A stretch of 64,000 bases of DNA from NCBI GenBank assembly GCA_014189685.1, contig DVAB01000023.1, positions 15,346 to 79,345 of the forward strand, read 5' to 3'. The position numbers and the translations under genes are program-made. The notes below the pieces were generated by a model. The model saw nothing but the letters and a program-made list of their open reading frames with translations. It was not told where the DNA came from and did no database searches. Within the stretch, counting starts at the first letter, position 1. Each line of letters opens with the position of its first letter. This DNA is from Candidatus Naiadarchaeum limnaeum. GTDB lineage: Archaea; Undinarchaeota; Undinarchaeia; Undinarchaeales; Naiadarchaeaceae. Below, piece by piece: positions 1-7,854 of this stretch.

Positions 1-455
1 CACTGGGAATTGTTACTGAAAAGGATTTCACAAATGTTATTTCTAAGGGTAAAAATCCTCTTGCGGTGAAAGCCGGGGATGCGATGTCCTCTCCGCTTAT
101 AACAATAGATCCCGAGCAGAGCATTCTTGATGCTGCTCGTTTGATGACAAAGAAAAAAGTTAGAAAGCTTCCTGTTAAGAGCAAGGGGAAACTAATTGGC
201 ATAATTACAGCAGAAGATATTGTTCGCGTTGCCCCAAAAGAAATTGAATTGCTATTGGAGCTTGCCTCAATAAAAGCTCAGGATGTTATGGAATCAGCTG
301 GCGTCCCAGAGGAGTTTGCAGAGAAGGGAAGCGAGGGCGAATGCGAAATTTGCGGAAATTATTCTGATTATTTGTATCACTTAGAAGACGGAACATATGT
401 ATGCGGCGAATGCCGCGAGACTGAGGAAGGAAAAGAAGAGGAAGAAGAACTTTAA
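1..455 (+). CDS. CBS-domain pair protein with C-terminal CxxC...CxxC zinc ribbon; 5' end lies upstream of the window (reading frame is open from base 3)
   Basis: Translation shows CBS motifs (GIVTEKD..., LIGIITAEDIVR) and a terminal C-E-I-C-G...C-G-E-C zinc ribbon. The frame is open to the window edge, so the GTG at 66 is probably not the true start. Confidence 0.6.
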   Translation, partial: LGIVTEKDFTNVISKGKNPLAVKAGDAMSSPLITIDPEQSILDAARLMTKKKVRKLPVKSKGKLIGIITAEDIVRVAPKEIELLLELASIKAQDVMESAGVPEEFAEKGSEGECEICGNYSDYLYHLEDGTYVCGECRETEEGKEEEEEL

Positions 456-464
456 GTCCTAATA

Positions 465-1238
465 ATGAAAGTTAAAGATATTGTATTTACTAAAACCCCC
501 GCTGTTTCTAAAAGTGATTTAGCTTTGAGAGCACGTGCGCTTATGCGACAATACAACGTTCGTGCACTTCCAGTTTTTGACAATTCAAAATTAATTGGCG
601 TTATTACAAGAAGCGATTTGGTCAAAATTACATCTACTAAATCAAGCATAACTGTTGGTGGGCTTCTCTGGAAGCCTCTCATAGTTTTAGATCCAAACGA
701 GGATATGCTAAAAGCTGCAAAAATTTTGCTCCATGAAGATTTAAAGCAGATCCCTGTTCTTGAAAATGGGAAATATGTCGGAATGATAAGGGATATTGAT
801 ATTCTTAAGGCAATTCTTGATTTAAAAATTAAATCCAGAAAAAAAACTGTGAGCGAGGTTATGACCTCTCGCGTGAGATCTTTTTCAGTTGATGATGAAA
901 TTGAAAAAGTTTGGGGCGCTGTCAAGGAACACTCTGGATTTCCTGTTACACAAAAGGGAAAAATTGTTGGAATTATTTCAACAAGAGAACTGCTAGAGTC
1001 AAAACGCGCTAGAATTGAGCGCGAATCTCGAGCAATTAAGACGCCTGCAAAAATCGGGCATGTTATGCGAATAATAATCGGAGAAGAGGATAAGTTTTTA
1101 ATTCGTCCTTCTGATGGGATTGAGACGGCCATTAAAAAAATGCTTGATTTAGAACTAAGCGTTTTGCCAGTCGCTGTGAATCATGATAAACTTGTTGGAA
1201 TTGTGACAAGAAAGGATTTATTAAAGGCTTATCTCTAA
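465..1238 (+). CDS. CBS-domain protein (four CBS repeats)
   Basis: Repeated CBS signatures (LPV...KLIGVITRSDL, IPVLENGKYVGMIRDIDIL, KIVGIISTRELL, KLVGIVTRKDLL) in a 257 aa ORF. Confidence 0.65.
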   Translation: MKVKDIVFTKTPAVSKSDLALRARALMRQYNVRALPVFDNSKLIGVITRSDLVKITSTKSSITVGGLLWKPLIVLDPNEDMLKAAKILLHEDLKQIPVLENGKYVGMIRDIDILKAILDLKIKSRKKTVSEVMTSRVRSFSVDDEIEKVWGAVKEHSGFPVTQKGKIVGIISTRELLESKRARIERESRAIKTPAKIGHVMRIIIGEEDKFLIRPSDGIETAIKKMLDLELSVLPVAVNHDKLVGIVTRKDLLKAYL

Positions 1239-1255
1239 AGTTTTCCTATACTAAA

Positions 1256-2149
1256 ATGAAAAATTTACCGCAAAAATTCAGGACATTCCGCGATAAAGTG
1301 AGAAATCTCGATTTAAGTCCGAGAGAGTTTGTGCAGGCAAAGGGAAAGAGAGATGGAACAATAATGAGTATTGCCCATCGCCAAATAATTTCTCTTAATA
1401 AAACTGCTACTATTAAGCAAACTGCTGATAAAATGTCTGTTAATCGCGTAAGAAGACTTTTTATTACTGACATAAAGCAAAACTTAGAAGGAATGGTAAG
1501 TGCAACAGATATTGTTAATTTTTTGAGTGGTGGCGATTTTTACAAAATCGTAAAAAACAAGCATAATGGGGTTTTAGAAGCTGCTGCGAATGAACACATT
1601 CGTTTGTTGATGACAGAAAATCCAAAGACAATTAAATATTCTGAAAATATTGAAGATGCCTTAATAAAAATGCACGAAGATAATGTCGGATCGTTGCCGA
1701 TAATCGATGGGAATAAAGTAATTGGAATAGTGACAGAAAGAGATTTTGTGAATCTGCTCTCAAAATATTATACGAATGAAAAAGTTTCTGCATATATGAC
1801 AAAGGACCCCATAATTGGAACTCCTGGAATGGTGCTGGGTGATATTGCAAAAGTAATGATTAGAAATGGATTCAGGCGTCTTCCCATAGTTCAGGAAGAT
1901 ACATTGATTGGAGTTGTTTCAACAATTGATATTGTAAGCACTTTTTCCCATTATCCGAAAACTGAAATTCTGGAATGGGCGGTTTCAAAAATAATGAATC
2001 GCCCGATAACAATTCCCTCTGAAGCAACACTACCAGACGCCGCAGAGGTTATGCGCAAAAACAGCATTGGCGGACTTTCGGTCCTAAATGGCAATAAGAT
2101 GGTTGGAGTTATAACAGAGCGCGATTTGCTAAAAGTTCTCAGCGCATAG
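1256..2149 (+). CDS. CBS-domain protein (four CBS repeats)
   Basis: Four CBS-like repeats (MVSATDIV, KVIGIVTERDFV, TLIGVVSTIDIV, KMVGVITERDLL). Third member of a tandem CBS array. Confidence 0.65.
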   Translation: MKNLPQKFRTFRDKVRNLDLSPREFVQAKGKRDGTIMSIAHRQIISLNKTATIKQTADKMSVNRVRRLFITDIKQNLEGMVSATDIVNFLSGGDFYKIVKNKHNGVLEAAANEHIRLLMTENPKTIKYSENIEDALIKMHEDNVGSLPIIDGNKVIGIVTERDFVNLLSKYYTNEKVSAYMTKDPIIGTPGMVLGDIAKVMIRNGFRRLPIVQEDTLIGVVSTIDIVSTFSHYPKTEILEWAVSKIMNRPITIPSEATLPDAAEVMRKNSIGGLSVLNGNKMVGVITERDLLKVLSA

Positions 2150-2289
2150 CGATTTTGCTTCGGAAGCAAAGCTCGAAAATGGAACAAAACCTTTTTATAC
2201 CCATTTATCTATATATTCAGAAGTCCTGCTCAATACAGGGTTACCCGGCAGAGGACGAGCTTTCTCAGCCATTGAAAACCGGGGGTTAG

Positions 2290-2420
2290 TACTGAGCTAA
2301 GGACATTCATTAACAAATCACACCTCAAAAATCACAAAATCAGAACTCACAGGTCATCTGAAATAAAGTATAAATGCATCAATATCACAACTCACAAACT
2401 TACAACTCACATATCAACTT
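2290..2420. repeat. Direct repeats of (A)CAACTCACA plus related ATCACA motifs upstream of the Toprim/dnaG genes; candidate regulatory or ncRNA region
   Basis: AGAACTCACA at 2343-2352 and ACAACTCACA at 2387-2396 and 2402-2411. A TATAAA-like box sits at 2361-2366 inside the array. No ORF with homology. Confidence 0.4.
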
Positions 2421-2424
2421 TGAC

Positions 2425-2886
2425 ATGCTCATTAGTGAGTTAAGTTTGCTAAGGGAATTAGCAAGCTCTTCCGCAGTTGTTGTGGAAGGGAAGCGGGACG
2501 CAGAAGCTCTGCGCTCTCTTGGAATTGATGCTGAGTTTTACTTTATTTCTGGGTCAGTGAGTTCTGTAAATCAGCTAGCCGAATCACTTTCCAAACTCGG
2601 AAAGGAAGTTATCGTGCTAACTGACTTTGATAAAAAGGGCCGCGAACTTGCCTCGCGCTTAATTCGCGAATTGCAAAGTTGTGGTGTAAAAGTAAAAATC
2701 AACACAGAAGTGCGCAAAAATTTGATGCGTGCTTTCAATGGTATAAAAATCGGAGAGATCGAAGATTTAGCATCTCTCTTTGAAAAATTCAATATTGGTG
2801 ATCAAAATGGGAAAAATTGGAATAGCAGCGACAAAATACGTAATAAAAGCAAAGCTTACCGCAACAGGAGTGGTAGAAAAGCCTGA
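2425..2886 (+). CDS. Small Toprim-domain protein (primase-like, COG1658-type)
   Basis: VVVEGKRDAEAL...VIVLTDFDKKGRELA is a Toprim signature. The start was moved to the in-frame ATG at 2425 because the ORF's N-terminus runs through the repeat region. The 3' end overlaps dnaG by about 80 nt. Confidence 0.5.
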   Translation: MLISELSLLRELASSSAVVVEGKRDAEALRSLGIDAEFYFISGSVSSVNQLAESLSKLGKEVIVLTDFDKKGRELASRLIRELQSCGVKVKINTEVRKNLMRAFNGIKIGEIEDLASLFEKFNIGDQNGKNWNSSDKIRNKSKAYRNRSGRKA

Positions 2887-4105
2887 TATAATTGGTGCTA
2901 TTTTTGGGCAAACAGAAGGTTTGCTTGGAGAAGAATTAGAACTCCGCGAATTACAAAAATCAGGAAGAATCGGAAGAATTGAAGTTGAGGTAACTTCTAC
3001 TGAGGGGAAATCTGAAGGAACTATCGAAATACCAACTTCTCTCAATAAAGAGGATACGGCACTGATAGCAGCCGCCCTTGAAACAATAGAGCGAATAGGA
3101 CCATGCGATGCAAAAGTTGAGGTGCTAAGTGTTGATGATGTTCGCTCAACTAAGCGCGATTATGTTATTGAGCGCGCAAAATCAATTCTTGGAGTTATGA
3201 CAAAAGAAACTCCTGAATCCCAGGAATTGACTGAGATGGTAAAAGAAAAAGTAAGAGTTGGCGAAATTTCAGAATATGGGGTGGACAAGCTTCCTGCTGG
3301 CCCAGATCTAGAAAGTTCAGAAGAAATTATTTTAGTAGAGGGTAGAGCTGACGTTGTTAATCTCTTAAAACATAATATTACAAATGTCATCGGTTTGGGG
3401 GGTACATCAATTCCACATAGCATAAAGGAGCTATGCTCACAAAAGACAGTGACTGTGTTCTTAGACGGAGATAGAGGCGGAGATTTAATCCTAAAAGAAC
3501 TATTGCAGATAATTGACGTAGACTTTGTTGCGCACGCTCCGCCTGGAAGGGAGGTTGAGGAACTAACAAGCAAGGAAATCCTAAAGGCACTGCGCACAAA
3601 AATCACAAAAGAGGATGCAGTTAAAGCTTTTGAGCAGCAAAAAATTGCGTATGAGCAGTCTCAATCCCGGACTCAACAATTGCCAGCTCGTCGCGTATAT
3701 AGGACTTCTGGAGAAACTTATGGTGGAAGGAGCCACGCTACAACTAAGAGTGCACGTATTGAAGTCAAGCCCGAACTTGAGGAGCTTTCAAAAATTTCAA
3801 CAGGCCTGATTGGAACAGGGCAGGCAGCTCTTTTGGCACAATCAGGGACAACTTTCAAAGAAGTTGGCCGTGTTCCGAAATCAGATATCTCAAGTGTTTT
3901 GAAAAATTTGCAAGAAGGAAAGGCTCAGGCATTAATTGTTGATGGCGAAATCGATCAGAGTTTAGTAAATGTGACAACTGCAAAAGGAATTACATATGTC
4001 ATAGGCTCAAAAAAGCCACGCTTTCTTAAAAGGAAACCAGGAATTTATGTTTTGGATTCAACCTTTTTAAGAAAAATAGTTTCAGAGCAGGGTAGAAGCA
4101 AATGA
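2807..4105 (+). CDS. dnaG: Archaeal DNA primase DnaG (Toprim-containing)
   Basis: N-terminus MGKIGIAATKYVIKAKLTATGVVEKPDIIGAIFGQTEGLLGEELELRELQKSGRIGRIEVE is the conserved archaeal DnaG opening. Toprim motifs IILVEGRADV and FLDGDRGGD are present. Confidence 0.8.
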   Translation: MGKIGIAATKYVIKAKLTATGVVEKPDIIGAIFGQTEGLLGEELELRELQKSGRIGRIEVEVTSTEGKSEGTIEIPTSLNKEDTALIAAALETIERIGPCDAKVEVLSVDDVRSTKRDYVIERAKSILGVMTKETPESQELTEMVKEKVRVGEISEYGVDKLPAGPDLESSEEIILVEGRADVVNLLKHNITNVIGLGGTSIPHSIKELCSQKTVTVFLDGDRGGDLILKELLQIIDVDFVAHAPPGREVEELTSKEILKALRTKITKEDAVKAFEQQKIAYEQSQSRTQQLPARRVYRTSGETYGGRSHATTKSARIEVKPELEELSKISTGLIGTGQAALLAQSGTTFKEVGRVPKSDISSVLKNLQEGKAQALIVDGEIDQSLVNVTTAKGITYVIGSKKPRFLKRKPGIYVLDSTFLRKIVSEQGRSK

Positions 4106-4440
4106 TGCCAGGGCTTGATCCACGAGCTTTAAAGAAGATGATGAAGCAAATGGGAATGGATATGCAAGATATTCCTGCTAGTGAAGTTATAATTAAGAAG
4201 CCAGAGGGTGGACAGATTGTAATTAAAAATCCGCAGGTACAAAAGATGAAAGTTCCGGGGCAAGGGGAGAGCTTTCAAGTCATGGGCAATGCTACTGAGA
4301 GCTCTGAAATTGAAATTTCTCAAGATGATATTAACTTAGTTGCAGAGCAGGCAAAAGTTCCTATGGAAAAGGCAAAAGAAGCTCTTGAAAAAGCAGGCGG
4401 AGATATAGCAAAAGCTATATTAAGCCTTGAGCGCAAATAA
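4102..4440 (+). CDS. nac: Nascent polypeptide-associated complex alpha subunit (NAC domain plus C-terminal UBA)
   Basis: ALKKMMKQMGMDMQDI...VIIKKPEGGQIVIKNPQV is a NAC domain. The C-terminal EKAKEALEKAGGDIAKAI is UBA-like. Confidence 0.75.
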   Translation: MMPGLDPRALKKMMKQMGMDMQDIPASEVIIKKPEGGQIVIKNPQVQKMKVPGQGESFQVMGNATESSEIEISQDDINLVAEQAKVPMEKAKEALEKAGGDIAKAILSLERK

Positions 4441-4501
4441 AAAAGGCATATAAACTATTTTTCAATAATTTTTTCATTAGCGGGAGCGTGGCTAAAAAAT
4501 T

Positions 4502-5683
4502 ATGACGGGAATCGTAATCGTTGGAGCACAATTTGGGGATGAAGGAAAAGGAAAAATTGTTGATTATTTAGTTGACAGACTAAAGATTGACTATGTTGTT
4601 CGTTTCCAAGGCGGAAATAACGCCGGGCACACAGTTGTAGTTGGAAATGAAAAGTTCAAACTTCATCATGTTCCAAGCGGAGTTGTTCAGGGCAAGCAAT
4701 GTTTTCTTGGAAATGGGATGGTAATTGATCCAAAAGTTTTGATTGATGAAATCAATAATTTAAAAGAGCGCGGTATTAATCCAAAATTAACAATAAGTCC
4801 TCTTGCGCATGTAATAACAGAAAAGCACAAGGAATTAGATGCAGCCGATTCCAAAATCGGCACAACTAAAAGAGGAATCGGGCCTGCGTATTCTGACAAA
4901 ATTTCCCGCAGCGGCACGCGTTTTTCTGAACTGAATTCTGTTTATCCCAACTATTATTCTGAGCTCTCAAAATATATTGGAGACGTTTCTCTTAAAGTAA
5001 ATCAAGCTCTTGAGAAAAAGAAAAAAGTTTTATTTGAAGGCGCACAGGGAACTCTCTTAGACATCGATTTCGGAACATATCCATTTGTGACAAGCAGCAA
5101 CACAATTGCAGGCGGTGCTTGCGTGGGCGCAGGAGTTTCTCCAAAGAAAATCTCTTTAATTATTGGAGTTTCAAAAGCATATACAACTCGCGTTGGAAGT
5201 GGGCCATTTCCAACAGAATTAAAAAATGAGGTCGGTGAACAAATTAGAAATAAAGGCGCAGAATTTGGCACAACAACTGGCCGGCCGAGAAGATGCGGGT
5301 GGCTAGATGCGGTTATGCTTAATTATGCAATTCGTCTGAATGGCATTGATAGCATTGCTCTGACTAAGCTGGATATTCTTTCCGGATTAAAAGAATTAAA
5401 AATTTGCACTGCCTATGGATATAATGGAAAAATCTTGCGAACATTCCCTTTTGATGCAAAAATTCTTGAAAAATGCGAACCCATCTATGAAACTTTACAC
5501 GGTTGGCCAGAATTCAGTCACGAAGAATGGCAAAAATTTGCAAAATTGAAATTTGAAAGGTTGCCAAAAGAAATACGCAACTATATTTTGCTAATTGAAA
5601 GGCTTACCAAAACTCCAATATCACTCGTGAGCTTCGGCCCAGACAGGAACGATACTTTTATAAGGCACAAAATTTTAGTTTGA
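4502..5683 (+). CDS. purA: Adenylosuccinate synthetase
   Basis: GAQFGDEGKGKIVDYL, GGNNAGHTVV, GTTKRGIGPAY and GTTTGRPRRCGWLD are hallmark PurA motifs. Confidence 0.85.
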   Translation: MTGIVIVGAQFGDEGKGKIVDYLVDRLKIDYVVRFQGGNNAGHTVVVGNEKFKLHHVPSGVVQGKQCFLGNGMVIDPKVLIDEINNLKERGINPKLTISPLAHVITEKHKELDAADSKIGTTKRGIGPAYSDKISRSGTRFSELNSVYPNYYSELSKYIGDVSLKVNQALEKKKKVLFEGAQGTLLDIDFGTYPFVTSSNTIAGGACVGAGVSPKKISLIIGVSKAYTTRVGSGPFPTELKNEVGEQIRNKGAEFGTTTGRPRRCGWLDAVMLNYAIRLNGIDSIALTKLDILSGLKELKICTAYGYNGKILRTFPFDAKILEKCEPIYETLHGWPEFSHEEWQKFAKLKFERLPKEIRNYILLIERLTKTPISLVSFGPDRNDTFIRHKILV

Positions 5684-5695
5684 GCTGTGGGACTC

Positions 5696-6001
5696 ATGGT
5701 AAAAAAATTTTATATAATTCGTTCAGGAAAAAATCCAAAAAATTCTAAGGATACTGAACATGTTTTTACAGGAGCGAGCCCGAGACAGGCTGCTCTAAAA
5801 GCAGCAAAGCGCGGCTATACTAATTTTATGTTCCGTGAAAGAGGAAGGAGAAATTCTGATGGCACAGTTACAATCCATGTTTTTAAGGGAAGCTGGAAAT
5901 TGGTTAAATATCCGCGTGAAAATAAACCTTCATGGTTGCCTGATAAAATAAGAATGCCAGTTGTGAAGAAAGTGCAGACTGCAAGGGTTGAGGAAATCTA
6001 A
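5696..6001 (+). CDS. MC1-family archaeal chromatin protein
   Basis: HVFTGASPRQAALKAAKRG...IHVFKGSWKLVKYPRENKPSWLPDKIRMPVVKK closely resembles Methanosarcina MC1 as I recall it from memory. ATG at 5696 chosen inside the GTG-started ORF. Confidence 0.6.
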   Translation: MVKKFYIIRSGKNPKNSKDTEHVFTGASPRQAALKAAKRGYTNFMFRERGRRNSDGTVTIHVFKGSWKLVKYPRENKPSWLPDKIRMPVVKKVQTARVEEI

Positions 6002-6003
6002 TT

Positions 6004-6579
6004 TTATATCCCAAGCAATTTCGCACCCAAATAAATTATTATCAAATAATTTGCAATTATATGCACCACTGAAAATCTCACAACGCTTACGATTCCATAT
6101 CCCATAAAGAAATAGAAAAATCCTGTAAAAACATCATAACCAACTGTTAAAGCAATCGCAGTTAATCCTAAATTTTGCGCAAAGAATGCATAAGAAAGCG
6201 GCGCAAAATAAGCTATCCCAATAAATCCTAGAGCCGCAACCAAAACATCCTGCGGCCTCTCAATTGTGAAATATCCTGATAGTGTAAAAGCAGCTGCTCC
6301 AACTATTGCCCCGACTAAACTTCCATATCTTATTGAGGAAACAATTGTGAAAACACTAATCAATTCAATTCCAAGCGCAACTGGCATAAATCGTTCTGGA
6401 AAACGCGCAGCCGCACCTATTAAAATAAATCCGACAACAATTCCAAAGTCGCGCAGCGTGAATCTTGTAGTTGTAATTATATATGCAATAAAAATTAGCG
6501 CCGCAACTGTAACCGCGAGATATTTCAGCGTATCTTTTGTTAGTGGTAGTTGCGCCTTGTATCTTTTTGCTTTTGCCAT
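6004..6579 (-). CDS. Polytopic membrane protein of unknown function (paralog of the 49840-50409 and 54171-54713 genes)
   Basis: Five to six hydrophobic helices and no catalytic motifs. Similar size and topology to two other tRNA-adjacent genes in the window. Confidence 0.4.
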   Translation of the reverse strand: MAKAKRYKAQLPLTKDTLKYLAVTVAALIFIAYIITTTRFTLRDFGIVVGFILIGAAARFPERFMPVALGIELISVFTIVSSIRYGSLVGAIVGAAAFTLSGYFTIERPQDVLVAALGFIGIAYFAPLSYAFFAQNLGLTAIALTVGYDVFTGFFYFFMGYGIVSVVRFSVVHIIANYLIIIYLGAKLLGI

Positions 6580-7043
6580 TAAATTTTTTTCAACTCCTTT
6601 TGGTATTCAGGAAATTCAAGCATGAATTCATTTAGTCTCCATATTGGAACTATTGGAATTTTGTCCGCAAACACAATATTTTCCTCAAGAAAAGTTACAA
6701 TTAACGGGTAAATAGCCTTTTTCTTTAACTTTTTAAATTTTTTATAATTTTTTGCGCGCGCAGTTTGATCCTGTGCGGCCTTTTTGAGCGCAGTTGTTTT
6801 TCCAGGTCTCATATTCCACTTTTTGCAATCAATGCAAAGAATTTCATTAAAGCGCGCAGCAATGATATCAACCTCATGCCTTTTTTTATTTAAAGTAAAG
6901 CGCATATTTCTCTGAACCTCGAACCCATGCTCTTCCAAAATGCGCGCAACTATTTGTTCAAATTCCTGCCAAGCGTGCTCCTTTAAAATTTCTTCAATAT
7001 CTTTTCCGCTTGCAATCAAATTTTGAAGTTCTTGGAGGTCCAT
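6579..7043 (-). CDS. PD-(D/E)xK nuclease, Holliday-junction-resolvase Hjc-like
   Basis: E...HEVDIIAARFNEILCIDCKKW reproduces the Hjc E..D(12 aa)(E/D)xK spacing in a 154 aa protein. Confidence 0.45.
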   Translation of the reverse strand: MDLQELQNLIASGKDIEEILKEHAWQEFEQIVARILEEHGFEVQRNMRFTLNKKRHEVDIIAARFNEILCIDCKKWNMRPGKTTALKKAAQDQTARAKNYKKFKKLKKKAIYPLIVTFLEENIVFADKIPIVPIWRLNEFMLEFPEYQKELKKI

Positions 7044-7049
7044 AGAGAA

Positions 7050-7062
7050 CTCTTATATAATC
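7050..7062 (+). promoter_or_regulatory. TATA-box-like element (CTTATATAAT) about 25-35 nt upstream of the tRNA-iMet 5' end
   Basis: Archaeal-style TATA at the expected spacing from the tRNA start at 7086. Confidence 0.3.
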
Positions 7063-7085
7063 AATAGGTTATTAAAAATATCCGC

Positions 7086-7185
7086 AGCGAGGTAGGGCAG
7101 CCTGGAGTGCCCGTCGGGCTCATAGACACACCTTAAAGGGTGTTGAGGGACCCGAAGGTCGTTGGTTCAAATCCAACCCTCGCTA
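7086..7185 (+). tRNA. Initiator tRNA-Met (CAU) with a 25-nt intron at the canonical 37/38 position
   Basis: Acceptor AGCGAGG/CCTCGCT with A1:U72. D-stem GGGC/GCCC. Anticodon stem TCGGG/CCCGA has three consecutive G:C pairs (archaeal initiator hallmark). Loop CTCATA|intron|A. Intron GACACACCTTAAAGGGTGTTGAGGG contains a CACC/GGTG hairpin. T-arm GTTGG-TTCAAAT-CCAAC. CCA not encoded. A T-tract follows. Confidence 0.75.
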
Positions 7186-7854
7186 CTTTTTTACTACATC
7201 CAAAAAATTCTTAAAAATCTGCCACTCCACATATTCTTTTGGCTTTAACTTCACTGCCTCGTGGAAATCTGTGCAGTGCGGATCGTATTCCAGATAAGCA
7301 GTTCCGCTTTTTGGACTTTCCTCTGCATGGAATTGAACTCCATAAGTTATATCATTATAGCGCACAGCCTGAATGCAGTCTGGCGTTTTTGCTAAGACAT
7401 GGTATGACGTTTCTCCGTTGAAGCGCACAGCTTTTGTATGGTACTGGAAAACTATGAATGGGTTTGGTAAACCGAAAAATAGTTTATCATTTTTTCCAGA
7501 AGGCGTTATCTCAACTTGCCTCCATCCTATTTCAGCGTTTTCAAGCTTGTAAACTTCTGCGCCAAAAACTTCTCCAACAATCTGAGAGCCAAAACAAATT
7601 CCAAGCAGCGGCTTTTTTGCCTGAATTATTTGTTCTATCTGCTCTCTTAATTGCCTTGCATATGCGTGCCTTTCAGAGCTTGTATCTGCACCGCTTATTG
7701 CAAAAATATCATACTCATCTATACTTGGAAATTCAAACTTGCGCGCCTCAACAATACTCACTTTCAATGTTTTGTCAGCTAGGAGAAAAGCATCCCTAAT
7801 CTTTTCTGATTCCACAATTTTATTTTTATGGCAGTCGTAAATTAAAACGTTCAT
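7183..7854 (-). CDS. Class I glutamine amidotransferase-like protein (GATase1 / peptidase C26 fold)
   Basis: Nucleophile elbow GICFGSQ and YGVQFHAEE (His-Glu) in a 223 aa protein. It is the last gene of the LysW operon, in the position usually occupied by lysK. Confidence 0.55.
   Translation of the reverse strand: MNVLIYDCHKNKIVESEKIRDAFLLADKTLKVSIVEARKFEFPSIDEYDIFAISGADTSSERHAYARQLREQIEQIIQAKKPLLGICFGSQIVGEVFGAEVYKLENAEIGWRQVEITPSGKNDKLFFGLPNPFIVFQYHTKAVRFNGETSYHVLAKTPDCIQAVRYNDITYGVQFHAEESPKSGTAYLEYDPHCTDFHEAVKLKPKEYVEWQIFKNFLDVVKK

Noticed and set aside
452-1132. 226-aa minus-strand ORF overlapping the second CBS gene
   Set aside because: It lies entirely antisense to a well-supported CBS-domain CDS. 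The translation is low-complexity Ser/Ile-rich with no motifs. It is a shadow ORF.
2153-2169. Stem-loop TTTGCTT-CGG-AAGCAAA read as an intrinsic terminator
   Set aside because: Archaeal termination relies mainly on oligo-T tracts. The hairpin is noted in the findings but not listed as a terminator feature.
2160-2340. SRP RNA or RNase P RNA in the gene-free stretch after the CBS genes
   Set aside because: The region is too short and lacks the conserved SRP domain IV and RNase P P4 motifs I could look for by eye. Only generic hairpins were seen. It is kept as an unspecified candidate ncRNA or regulatory region.
2290-2420. Possible CRISPR array suggested by the ACAACTCACA repeats
   Set aside because: There are only three short (10-nt) copies with irregular spacing (44 and 15 nt), and no cas genes nearby. 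It is more consistent with operator or promoter repeats.
3160-3606. 148-aa minus-strand ORF inside dnaG
   Set aside because: Antisense shadow of the strongly supported DnaG CDS.
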